Shown: positions 10,377 through 18,724, numbered from the stretch's first letter. The stretch is 40,154 nt of DNA from Candidatus Pacearchaeota archaeon (GCA_050124795.1 JASFEO010000011.1:1-40154); one strand, 5' to 3'. Notes: generated by a model from the letters alone, not told the origin. Translations and numbers: made by a program.

Positions 10377-10440
10377 TAAGAGGCTAAGCTTAGGACCTGG
10401 TAGCTTAGTGCTTACTTAGGTTCGAATCCTAATCTCCGCA
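10319..10440 (+). tRNA. tRNA-Leu(TAG) with 38-nt intron at non-canonical position 30/31 (10350-10387)
   Basis: Acceptor GCGGAGA/TCTCCGC-A, T arm TTAGG-TTCGAAT-CCTAA, long variable arm. BHB-like motif GGCC/GGCT with bulges AG^A and AA^G; splicing gives the anticodon arm CCAGG-CT-TAG-GA-CCTGG. Confidence 0.9.
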
Positions 10441-10540
10441 TATTTAATTTTGATGAGAACCTGGTTCGATGAGTGGTCTCGTGGTAGAAGCATAATCCCA
10501 GTTGCTTCGTGCGGGTGCAGGAACAGTTCTAGTCTCCGCA
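10441..10540. repeat. tRNA-3'-associated structured mini-element, copy 1
   Basis: Core CGTGGTAGAAGCA(10480-92)...TGCTTCGTGCG(10503-13) shared with 15287-15324; ends in TTCTAGTCTCCGCA, resembling the tRNA-Leu end TCCTAATCTCCGCA. Confidence 0.6.
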
Positions 10541-10581
10541 TTATATAAATTATATTTTGTGTATAAAAACTTTTAGAATTA

Positions 10582-11514
10582 TTAATTATTTTTCTTTCTA
10601 TTCTCTGCTTCTTTTTGTTTTATTTTTTCTTCTAAGTTAAGTCTTTCAATTAATTCTTTGTATCTGTTCCTGATTGTGACTTCTGTTATTCCTGCAATAT
10701 CTGCAACTTCTCTTTGTGTTTTTTTCTCATCATTAATTAGCGCAGCGACGTAAAGCGCAGCAGCTGCAATTCCTGCCGGTCCTCGTCCGGAAGTTAATTC
10801 AGCGTCGTCAGCATCTTTAAGAACTTTTAATGCGTCGTTTTGAGTTTTAGGTGAGAGTTTTAATACTGAAGAGAAACGAGAGACATAATCTTTGGGTGAG
10901 GATTGTTTTATTTTTATCCCTCCAAGTTTTCTGATTATAAATCTGTAAGTTCTTCCAATTTCTTTACGTTCCACGTCAGAGGCAGTCGCCATTTCATCTA
11001 AGGTTCTTGGGATATTGTATGAACGGCATGCGGCATATAAACAAGATGCGATTACTGATTCCATGCTTCGACCTCGAACTAAACCTCTTTGCAAAACATA
11101 ATTATAAATTCTGGATGCTTCATCACGAACAACATTTGGCAAGTTTAAATATGAAGCAATAACTCTTAATTCTGCCATTGCCAATCTTAAATTTCTTTCA
11201 ATAGAAGTTGAAACTCGCTCCTGCCATTTTTTTAATCTAAGAAATTTTCTTGTTTGCCCCGGGTCAAGTTTATAGATATCTGAAATTTCTCCGACATTTG
11301 TAGTTAAACCTTTGTCGAATTTTTGCATTGAAATTGGTGCGCCGCCCCTTCCTTTTTTGTCATTTTTGTCAAACTTTCCAGATAAGTCAATCCCTGTATC
11401 AACCATTTTTTCTTCAACGACAAGTCCGCAGTCATTGCAAATTACTTCTCCTAAATGAGGGTCGTAAGTTAAATTAATACTTCCGCATTCTGAACATTTT
11501 TTTACAAAAGCCAT
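10582..11514 (-). CDS. tfb: Transcription initiation factor IIB
   Basis: N-terminal Zn ribbon CSEC...CNDC, two cyclin repeats (GRSMES, GRGPAG), C-terminal TQREVA...TEVTIRNRYKEL HTH. Confidence 0.97.
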   Translation of the reverse strand: MAFVKKCSECGSINLTYDPHLGEVICNDCGLVVEEKMVDTGIDLSGKFDKNDKKGRGGAPISMQKFDKGLTTNVGEISDIYKLDPGQTRKFLRLKKWQERVSTSIERNLRLAMAELRVIASYLNLPNVVRDEASRIYNYVLQRGLVRGRSMESVIASCLYAACRSYNIPRTLDEMATASDVERKEIGRTYRFIIRKLGGIKIKQSSPKDYVSRFSSVLKLSPKTQNDALKVLKDADDAELTSGRGPAGIAAAALYVAALINDEKKTQREVADIAGITEVTIRNRYKELIERLNLEEKIKQKEAENRKKNN

Positions 11515-11621
11515 TTTTAGATTAGTTTTGATTTTTGGGAATCGTAAGGTTTATAAATGAATTGAAGAAATTTTGTTTTATAAATGTTTTGTTTTTTATG
11601 ATTATTAGAAAATGGTAAAAA

Positions 11622-11879
11622 TCATTCGGTTAAACTTTCTTTGGGAACAACAATCGTATTGCTTTCTTTGAATTCTCCGCCCCGGGGTTTTATTAACACA
11701 CTTTTTTCATCACTCCCCAACAAATAAATTTCTAAACCTTTTCCGGGCACAATTAGGTTTTTATGAAAAAATCCACTCACAGCATTCCCTTCATATGGTT
11801 TTACTGTAACAGTCCTTTCATTTGGGAACATCCCATCTTCTACTTTAATGTTTTTTAGATAACCAATTTTATAATCCAT
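11622..11879 (-). CDS. Hypothetical protein (85 aa, beta-rich)
   Basis: Clean ORF with TTTAAA upstream; no recognisable motif. Confidence 0.65.
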   Translation of the reverse strand: MDYKIGYLKNIKVEDGMFPNERTVTVKPYEGNAVSGFFHKNLIVPGKGLEIYLLGSDEKSVLIKPRGGEFKESNTIVVPKESLTE

Positions 11880-11929
11880 ATTAATTCTTATTAAAAATAC
11901 TTTTTAAATATTTATATTTTAGAAAATAT

Positions 11930-12298
11930 TTACTCAATCAAAATACCGTTGACAACGCCTTCCTGGCCTGGGCGGTTTGTTACTTTGACTTTTCCAAGTT
12001 CTGTTTCAATTATTGTTCCTTTTGTGATTATGTTTTGTCGTGCTAAGAATTTATCTGAAGGTGTTTCAAGAACATTTTTTATTTCAACTTTTTTCTTTTT
12101 GTCTTTTACTTTTACATTAACAAATTTTGCTCTGAGTAACACCGGCTTTGTTTTGCCGCCTCTTCCTCTTTTTATTTTTCTTTTATCTTCATCAGCTTTT
12201 TTAACAGTTCGTTTTTGTCCTATTCCTTCGTAGGATTTTTTCTTTCTTGCTTTAGTATATTTTCCGCCTGAAATTTTTCTTCCTTTTCTGGTTGCCAT
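11930..12298 (-). CDS. rps8e: 30S ribosomal protein S8e
   Basis: GRKISGG, RGRGG, RQNIITKGTIIETELG...VTNRPGQEGVVNGIL; true start MATRK at 12298. Confidence 0.95.
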   Translation of the reverse strand: MATRKGRKISGGKYTKARKKKSYEGIGQKRTVKKADEDKRKIKRGRGGKTKPVLLRAKFVNVKVKDKKKKVEIKNVLETPSDKFLARQNIITKGTIIETELGKVKVTNRPGQEGVVNGILIE

Positions 12299-12404
12299 AA
12301 AATAAATGAAAGATTTTAGTTTAAATAGTTTTTTGTTTAGGGAAAATTCACGCAATGTAAATTTTTTAAGAAAAGTTTAAAAACAAGATTTTGCAAATCA
12401 GATT

Positions 12405-12656
12405 ATGGCAAATGGAATTGAAAGACCTCTTGACCTTTTGAACAACTCGAAGGGAAAAGAAGTTCTTGTGCATTTGAAAGGCGATAAGCAGTTCGTCGGG
12501 ACATTGCTTGCATTTGATATCCATATCAATTTGGTATTGGATAACACAAAAGAAATGCAGGACAATGAGATAAAAAGAAATTTGGGTTTGAGTTTTCTTC
12601 GAGGAGACACAATTATTTTTATTTCTCCAGCATCAACTGCTTTGAAAAAAGAGTAA
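12405..12656 (+). CDS. Sm-like archaeal protein (LSm/SmAP)
   Basis: RPLDLL...V.LK....GTL.AFD.H.NLVL...LRGD Sm1/Sm2 motifs. Confidence 0.95.
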   Translation: MANGIERPLDLLNNSKGKEVLVHLKGDKQFVGTLLAFDIHINLVLDNTKEMQDNEIKRNLGLSFLRGDTIIFISPASTALKKE

Positions 12657-12782
12657 TTGCGTTACCTTGAATTAATTTCGCTAAAGGTTATTACGGATTC
12701 TCAGGATTAGTTGATTGTAGTTGGTACTAAATATATTTTGCATTGTAATTAATTTTATAAATAGTTAATTGATTGAATCTTT

Positions 12783-13004
12783 ATGGTTGAATATAAAAAA
12801 TTAGTTTTTGAATTTTCTCCTGAGGCTGTAACTAGATTAGATGAGATTGTAATGGATTTGGCTAAAAAAAATAGAGCAGAACTTGTTAGAGATTCAATAA
12901 GATTTATGGAATATGCTTATAAAATGGTTCATGAGGGATATAGCCTAGAATTTCATAAAGAAGGAGAAGAACAGGTAGTAATTTCTCCTTTGGAAAAAAT
13001 CTAA
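12783..13004 (+). CDS. Ribbon-helix-helix (CopG-like) DNA-binding protein
   Basis: KKLVFEFSPEAVTRLDEI...NRAELVRDSI pattern. Confidence 0.75.
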   Translation: MVEYKKLVFEFSPEAVTRLDEIVMDLAKKNRAELVRDSIRFMEYAYKMVHEGYSLEFHKEGEEQVVISPLEKI

Positions 13005-13052
13005 TTAATTTCTTACTAAGTTTTAATCTGGTTAACTTTCCAAACAATCTTC

Positions 13053-13916
13053 TCAATAAATTTCAGTCTCTTCAATCACTTTCTTCTTTTTCTTTTTTAT
13101 TTTTTCTGCTTCATCTAAAAAATTTTCTTCACTAATAATGCTCTCCCCTGTTTTTTCTTCAAGTTCCCGTCGTGCATTTCCTGCAACTTCTCCTCCCTGA
13201 ATGGCAGCAATTTGGTTTTCATTAAATCCTTTTGCGTCTTTTGTTTTTGCAATCTTTGTTGTTGAGGCTTCACCTAACATTGTAAAAATTAATTCCAAGT
13301 CATCCATATGGTCTCTTAAATTTTCATTTTTTAGTTTTTTGAATTCCTTGTATTCTGAAACTGTTTTTCCAAATGCTGCCTTACTGATTTCATTTGTTAG
13401 AATTGCAGATTCAACATCTTCTTTTACACCTCTGGTTTTCCATTCATCTGTTAGTTCCTGCCTTATTGCAATCCCTCTTAATCTTTTTTCAATCCAATCT
13501 TTTGAATAACCTTTTTTTTCATAAAGTTCTTTCATTCGCTCTTGCGCAAGTTCAGGGTTTTCAATTTCTTTAATTCTTTCATAACCAACTTTCGCAAGCC
13601 ATCTTTTGAATAGTTCTGCTTTTTTCGAGGGAATTGACTGAATAATCCTGAAAATTCCTTCAGTGTCAGCAATATCTGTGTCTCTTAATTTTTCGTCTTC
13701 TGCTAAAAGTTTCAACTGTCCGATGAAAGCGGACACTTCAAAACCTTCCTCAATTAGTTTTTGCTTTAAATCAGACCAGTATTTTCTCGGTCTTGGGCTC
13801 TCTGTTAGGGCACTAACAATATCAACTACAGAAAAAAACCATTTTTCATTAACAAATTTTCTTCTTATTATTTTTCCATTAAAAATTGCTATGTGAGTTT
13901 CTTCTGAAGATTCCAT
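13053..13916 (-). CDS. Bro-N domain / phage antirepressor-like protein
   Basis: IRR...WFFSVVDIV.AL...PRKYWSDLK, RIIQSIPSKKAE.FKRWLA, ELTDEW, NLRDHM..LELIF.MLGE. Confidence 0.85.
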   Translation of the reverse strand: MESSEETHIAIFNGKIIRRKFVNEKWFFSVVDIVSALTESPRPRKYWSDLKQKLIEEGFEVSAFIGQLKLLAEDEKLRDTDIADTEGIFRIIQSIPSKKAELFKRWLAKVGYERIKEIENPELAQERMKELYEKKGYSKDWIEKRLRGIAIRQELTDEWKTRGVKEDVESAILTNEISKAAFGKTVSEYKEFKKLKNENLRDHMDDLELIFTMLGEASTTKIAKTKDAKGFNENQIAAIQGGEVAGNARRELEEKTGESIISEENFLDEAEKIKKKKKKVIEETEIY

Positions 13917-14028
13917 TATAATTAATAAGATTGCATTTACTTAAATAATTTATTAGTTATCTGAAAAGAGTAATTTGATAAAATAACTCTTCCAAATGAT
14001 TTTTAAGTACTAATGCACTTATGTTTTT

Positions 14029-14934
14029 ATGACAGAAAAAATAAAAATAACTTTTTTAGGAACTAGTGCGCAAATTCCGACTCGACAGAGAAATCATACT
14101 GCGATTTTATTAAGTTATAAAGAAGAAAATATTTTAATTGATTGTGGTGAAGGAACGCAGAGGCAGTTTAGAATTGCAAAGTTGAATCCTTGCAAAGTTA
14201 CGAGAATATTAATTACTCATCGTCATGGAGATCATGTTTTTGGTTTGCCAGGACTTATCTCAACTTTTGAACATTCAGGATATAATAAAGCTCTTTATAT
14301 TTATGGACCTCGCGGAATAAAAAAGTTTTTAGAACATTTTCTAGCTTTGAAATTTACAAAGAGAAATTTTGAAATAAAGATTGAAGAAGTTCCTAGTGGC
14401 AAGTTTTTTGAAAATGAAGAATTTGTTTTATCGAGTGAATCGATGGAACACGGAATTCCAACTAATGCCTACAGTTTTACGATAAAAGAAAAATTAAGAA
14501 TTGATAAAAAGAAATTGGAAAAAGCGAAATTGCCGTCGGGGCCTATTTTAAAGAATTTGAAAGAAGGAAAGGACATAACTTTTGGAGGAAAGAAATACAA
14601 GGCAAAGGATTTTTTGTTCTCTGAAAGTGGAAAGAAGATTTCTTTTGTTCTTGATACAATGGATAATAAAAAAATTGTTTCATTTGTTAAGAATTCTGAT
14701 TTATTAATTAGTGAAGCGAGTTTTTCAGATGACTTGAAAGATTTAGCAAAAGAGCATTTACACCTTACGGCGAAACAAGCTGGGGAAATAGCAAAAAAGT
14801 CAAAATCAAAAAACTTGATTTTAACTCATGTTTCTCAGCGTTATGAAAAAGATTTGAAAGGGTTGTTGGAAGAAGCAAAGAAAGAATTTAAGGAAACAAA
14901 GATTGCGCGGGATTTTGATGAAGTTGTTCTGTAA
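14029..14934 (+). CDS. rnz: Ribonuclease Z
   Basis: FLGTSA..PT..RN, DCGEGTQ, THRHGDH, GP exosite, HLT, LTHVSQRY. Confidence 0.97.
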   Translation: MTEKIKITFLGTSAQIPTRQRNHTAILLSYKEENILIDCGEGTQRQFRIAKLNPCKVTRILITHRHGDHVFGLPGLISTFEHSGYNKALYIYGPRGIKKFLEHFLALKFTKRNFEIKIEEVPSGKFFENEEFVLSSESMEHGIPTNAYSFTIKEKLRIDKKKLEKAKLPSGPILKNLKEGKDITFGGKKYKAKDFLFSESGKKISFVLDTMDNKKIVSFVKNSDLLISEASFSDDLKDLAKEHLHLTAKQAGEIAKKSKSKNLILTHVSQRYEKDLKGLLEEAKKEFKETKIARDFDEVVL

Positions 14935-14976
14935 AAATAGAAACCTTTTAAATCTCTAATTATTCTTTTAATTTAT

Positions 14977-15098
14977 GGCTCGGTAGCTCAGCCTGGATAG
15001 AGCGACTGCCTTCTATTCGAAGCGAAGGTTTTGTCTTCGGACTTAACTAGCGCCAAGGAGTCAGCAGTAGGTCGCAGGTTCGAATCCTGTCCGGGCCA
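14977..15098 (+). tRNA. tRNA-Arg(TCT) with 47-nt canonical 37/38 intron (15016-15062)
   Basis: GGCTCGG/CCGGGCC-A acceptor; anticodon stem ACTGC/GCAGT; CTTC/GGAG central helix with bulges TA^T and TC^A. Confidence 0.9.
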
Positions 15099-15139
15099 TA
15101 TGAATAATTTTAAATACATCATTTTTTTGTTTTAATAAT

Positions 15140-15212
15140 GCGGGGGTGGCACAGCGGCTACTGCAATCGGTTGCAGCCCGGTTTTTCGCGGGTTCGAGTC
15201 CCGTCCTCCGCT
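15140..15212 (+). tRNA. tRNA-Cys(GCA)
   Basis: GCGGGGG/CCTCCGC-U73; ATCGG-TT-GCA-GC-CCGGT; GCGGG-TTCGAGT-CCCGT. Confidence 0.92.
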
Positions 15213-15347
15213 TTTTATAGAATTGGAAATTCTATAGTGGGCTTGCTAAACTCAGGAACGATTTTTCTTTTGAGTCCGAGCAATTACGTGGTAGAAACAA
15301 TGGCCTCACAAAATGTTTCGTGCGTGATTGGGAGTATGCCCTCTGCT
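15213..15347. repeat. tRNA-3'-associated structured mini-element, copy 2
   Basis: Core CGTGGTAGAAACA(15287-99)...TGTTTCGTGCG(15314-24); ends GAGTATGCCCTCTGCT, resembling the tRNA-Cys end GAGTCCCGTCCTCCGCT; extra hairpin TATAGAATT-GGA-AATTCTATA at 15216-15236. Confidence 0.6.
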
Positions 15348-15403
15348 TCATGCTGTCGTAGAAAAACAATAATCTTTTTATAGGGTGAATTATAGTTTGT
15401 AAA

Positions 15404-16861
15404 ATGGAAAAGAAAAAATTTTCAATTGAAGAACTTGCGAAATTCTGCAAGCAAAAAGGATTTGTATTCAGGAGTTCTGATATTTACGGAGGATATGCAG
15501 GGTTTTGGGATTTTGGTCCTTTGGGGGTAGAATTGTTTTCTAATATCCGGCGAGCATGGTGGGATTATTTTGTTCATAAAAGAGAGAACATGGTTGGAAT
15601 GGAAGCGAGCATTATTTCTCATCCAAAAACATGGAAAGCTTCAGGGCATATTACTGGTTTTAAGGATTTAGCAGTTGTCTGCAAGAATTGCAAGAAGTCA
15701 ACTAAGCTAGAAGTTAATGAATTTGGAAAAGTTAAATGTGATTGTGGGGGGGAATATGAGAAGACCGGGGAGTTTAACCTTTTGTTTAAGACAAATGTTG
15801 GTGCGCTTGACAAGAGTGATGCATATTTACGAGGAGAAACTGCACAAGGAATGTTTATGGATTTTAAATTAATCCAACAAACATCGCGAATGAAACTTCC
15901 TTTTGGAATTGCGCAAATTGGGAGATGTTTCAGAAATGAAATTTCTCCGAGGGATTTTTTCTTTAGAAGCAGAGAATTTCATATTGGGGAGTTTGAATTT
16001 TTTATTCATCCTGAAGAAATGAAATGTGAAATTCTTACTGATAAACAATTGGATGTAAAAGTAAAACTTCTTGATGCAGAAACTCAGGAAAAGAAAAAAG
16101 AAACATTGAGAGATACTACAATAGGGGAGATGTTAAAAGAAAAAAGATTTGAAGAATGGCATGCTTATTGGCTTGCTGAACAGGTTTTGTGGTTTAAGAG
16201 TTTAGGTTTAGAAGAAATAAAAATTCGTGAACACATGGATACTGAGAGAAGTTTTTATTCTTCTGCAACTTTTGATATTGATTACGAATATCCTTTTGGT
16301 TCTCAGGAAGTTGCAGGTAATGCTAATCGTGGGCAATATGATTTAACTCAGCATGAAAAGGAGAGTAAGGTTAAAATGGAAATGTTCGATGACAAGACTA
16401 AAAAAAATGTAAAGCCCAAAGTTATTGAGCCGACGTTTGGAATGGAAAGAGTTTTTTTAGCGATTTTAACAAAGGCATATAATTATGATGAGAAAAGGGG
16501 GAATATTGTTTTGAAGGTTCCTGCAAGACTTGCACCAGTTAAGGCTGCGATTTTTCCATTAGTAAAAGGTGAAGAGTATGAAAAAATTTCTCGAGAATTA
16601 ATTGAAACAATTGGAAGTGAATTTAATGTCTCATTCGATAAATCAGGTTCAATTGGCCGGCGTTATGCCCGCAATGATGAAATCGGAACGCCCTATTGCA
16701 TAACTATCGACGGAGATTCAATAAGAAATAAAGATGTTACAATTCGCGATCGCGATACAACAAAACAAATTCGTGTTAAAATAAATGAATTAAAAGAAAC
16801 TTTAAGAAAATTAATTAATAGTGAAATAAGTTTTGCTGATGCGGGAAAAACAATCAACTAA
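15404..16861 (+). CDS. glyS: Glycine--tRNA ligase (alpha2, archaeal/eukaryote type)
   Basis: IYGG..GFWDFGPLG, WKASGH, LRGETAQG, FRNEISPR, VIEPTFG.ER, GSIGRRYAR.DEIGTP. Confidence 0.97.
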   Translation: MEKKKFSIEELAKFCKQKGFVFRSSDIYGGYAGFWDFGPLGVELFSNIRRAWWDYFVHKRENMVGMEASIISHPKTWKASGHITGFKDLAVVCKNCKKSTKLEVNEFGKVKCDCGGEYEKTGEFNLLFKTNVGALDKSDAYLRGETAQGMFMDFKLIQQTSRMKLPFGIAQIGRCFRNEISPRDFFFRSREFHIGEFEFFIHPEEMKCEILTDKQLDVKVKLLDAETQEKKKETLRDTTIGEMLKEKRFEEWHAYWLAEQVLWFKSLGLEEIKIREHMDTERSFYSSATFDIDYEYPFGSQEVAGNANRGQYDLTQHEKESKVKMEMFDDKTKKNVKPKVIEPTFGMERVFLAILTKAYNYDEKRGNIVLKVPARLAPVKAAIFPLVKGEEYEKISRELIETIGSEFNVSFDKSGSIGRRYARNDEIGTPYCITIDGDSIRNKDVTIRDRDTTKQIRVKINELKETLRKLINSEISFADAGKTIN

Positions 16862-16989
16862 TTTGTCGACGATAAAAATATTTTTGTAAATTTTATTTTG
16901 ATTAAAATCATTTTTGCCGAAGAGGATTAATAAAAAGTTTTTTAAATAATGTTTTCTTAATATTAATAATTAAATTGAGGTGACAAATA

Positions 16990-17190
16990 ATGGCAAGACC
17001 TAAAACACCAAAGCAACTTGAGATTAGCATCCGGTCTCTTAAGAAAAAGATTTCTATGATGGAGGCGCAGAAGAAGAGAGCAATGGCCGCAGCAAAAAAG
17101 AAAAAGGCTAAGAAGAAGCCTGCAAAGAAAAAAGCTGTGAAGAGAAAAGTTGCGAGGAAAAAACCTGCAAAGAAAAAAAAGAGAAGGTAA
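16990..17190 (+). CDS. Small Lys/Ala-rich basic protein, histone H1-tail-like (paralog 1)
   Basis: GAGGTGA RBS 16977-83; N-terminal coiled coil + KKPAKKK-type tail. Confidence 0.75.
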   Translation: MARPKTPKQLEISIRSLKKKISMMEAQKKRAMAAAKKKKAKKKPAKKKAVKRKVARKKPAKKKKRR

Positions 17191-17291
17191 ATAATATTTT
17201 TTTTATTTTATTTTTTATTTTACATATTTTACCGAATGATTTTTAAATAACTTTTTCTTGATATATTTAATTAAACTGAGGTGATTAGCTA

Positions 17292-17531
17292 ATGGCAAAG
17301 ACTATGACTCCAAAGCAGATTGATTTGAAGGTCAGAAAGCTTAAAAAAGAAATTACTGCCTTAGAGAAACTTAAACGAGAAGTTAGAAAAGTTTCTAAGA
17401 TAAGCAGGTCTGTTAAGAGAATCGAGCGACCGAAGAGAAAAAAGAAAAAATCTGCTAAGAAGGGGCCGGTTAAGAAAAAGGTTGTAAAGAAAAAACCTGC
17501 AAGAAAGGCTGTGCGTAAAAAGAAGAAATAA
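17292..17531 (+). CDS. Small Lys-rich basic protein, histone H1-tail-like (paralog 2)
   Basis: GAGGTGA RBS 17278-84; TPKQ..L.VR.LKK.I shared with paralog 1. Confidence 0.75.
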   Translation: MAKTMTPKQIDLKVRKLKKEITALEKLKREVRKVSKISRSVKRIERPKRKKKKSAKKGPVKKKVVKKKPARKAVRKKKK

Positions 17532-17588
17532 TTTCTTCTTATTTTTTATTTTAGTAATTTATTTAAACTAATTCTTTTTTATTTTTTT

Positions 17589-17946
17589 ATGGATGATTGT
17601 ATTTTTTGCAAGATTGCGGAGGGGGAGATTCCTTGTTATAAAATTTATGAAGATGGGGAATTTTTGGCTTTTTCTGATGCTCATCCCGCCGCAGAAGGCC
17701 ATACACTGGTGATTCCTAAAAAACATTTTGAAAATATTTTTGAATTGCCGGAAAATCTTGTTGGAAAAATTAATATTGTTTCCAAGAAAGTCGCTGAATT
17801 GTTAAAAGAAAAATTTGAGATTAATGACGTTAATATATTAAATGCTTCAGGAAAGGCAGCGCAGCAAAGTGTTTTTCATATTCATTATCATGTTTGTTCC
17901 AAGAAGAGAAGATGATGGGTTGGATTTATGGTTTCATGGAAAATAA
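17589..17946 (+). CDS. HIT family hydrolase with an apparent +1 frameshift near 17892-17896
   Basis: DCIFCKI, GHTLVIPKKH, QSVFHIHYHV. The expected tail VPRREDDGLDLWFHGK* is in another frame ending at 17946; as written, the ORF stops at 17915. Confidence 0.85.
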
Positions 17947-18336
17947 ATTTTCTTGTTTAGTTTTGTAATCAATAAAAGTATAAATTAAAATTGAAAAAAA
18001 TATTCCAAGTGAGTCTGTTATGATATCATTAAAACTTGCAAATCTGTTTGATATGAAAATTTGGTGGGCTTCATCGAGGATTGCATAGATTATTGAAAAG
18101 ATAAATGTTATTATTGTATATTTTAATTTTATTTTTTTGTTTCCTTTAATTGTTGTAAGTATAAAAAATGCGAGAAGAAAAAAAACAATGAAATGATATG
18201 TTGTTGGAATTATATTAATGGTTGTTACTTTTGGTTTGTCTGAAAAAGATAGGGATGAAAAATAAAAAATTTCAGTTATAATTGAGATTAAGAAAATTAT
18301 TGAAAGAGTTTTATTTTTTTCTAAAATTTTTATCAT
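17926..18336 (-). CDS. VanZ-like membrane protein
   Basis: HF..FF.L, YAILDEAHQIFI.NR.AS..D...D..G signature; start at 18336 (the 18429 start lies within a tRNA). Confidence 0.85.
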   Translation of the reverse strand: MIKILEKNKTLSIIFLISIITEIFYFSSLSFSDKPKVTTINIIPTTYHFIVFFLLAFFILTTIKGNKKIKLKYTIITFIFSIIYAILDEAHQIFISNRFASFNDIITDSLGIFFSILIYTFIDYKTKQENLFSMKP

Positions 18337-18390
18337 GTCCTGAAAAGAAAATTTATTTTTATAAGGATTGTTGTTCTGGAAAATTTTAAA

Positions 18391-18463
18391 TGACTCTGGA
18401 GGGATTCTAACCCTCGACCTCGGCCTCATGAGAGCCGCGCTCTGACGGCTGAGCTACAGAGTC
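18391..18463 (-). tRNA. tRNA with CAT anticodon (elongator Met or Ile2), atypical
   Basis: GACTCTG/CAGAGTC-A; GCTC/GAGC D stem; CGGCT-CT-CAT-GA-GGCCG; GAGGG-TTAGAAT-CCCTC. Confidence 0.85.
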
Positions 18464-18514
18464 GAAATTAGTAAAAAGCGAATGTTTAAAAGTTTTGAGG
18501 TCATGAATTAATTA

Positions 18515-18724
18515 ATGGCTTTAGAGGATTTTGTAGTCGGGTCTGCTGAAGAGGTGATAAAAAATTTGACAAAAATTCTTGCTGCGTTTGGCGGAGTTTT
18601 GTTTTTGTATCTTGTTTTTCAGATTGTTAATTTTTTTATTAACAGAAAAAAGTTGAGCAAGATTAAAGAGATAGAAATAAAACTTAATGAGGTTTTGAAA
18701 ATTTTAAAGAAGAAAAAGAAATAA
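18515..18724 (+). CDS. Small single-TM protein
   Basis: Hydrophobic helix followed by a basic coiled-coil tail. Confidence 0.7.
   Translation: MALEDFVVGSAEEVIKNLTKILAAFGGVLFLYLVFQIVNFFINRKKLSKIKEIEIKLNEVLKILKKKKK

Noticed and set aside
10451-10485. TGATGA/CGATGA motifs as C/D box sRNA or hammerhead ribozyme
   Set aside because: No CTGA D box and no GAAA core in the required positions.
15138-15450. ORFs 15138-15383 (+) and 15232-15450 (-)
   Set aside because: They overlap tRNA-Cys, the structured element and glyS, and show no protein-like features.
17910-17918. Stop-codon readthrough or selenocysteine at the HIT TGA
   Set aside because: The conserved tail lies in a different frame, so an indel explains it.
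18337-18429. N-terminal extension of the VanZ ORF
   Set aside because: The start lies within the tRNA gene; ATG 18336 is more plausible.
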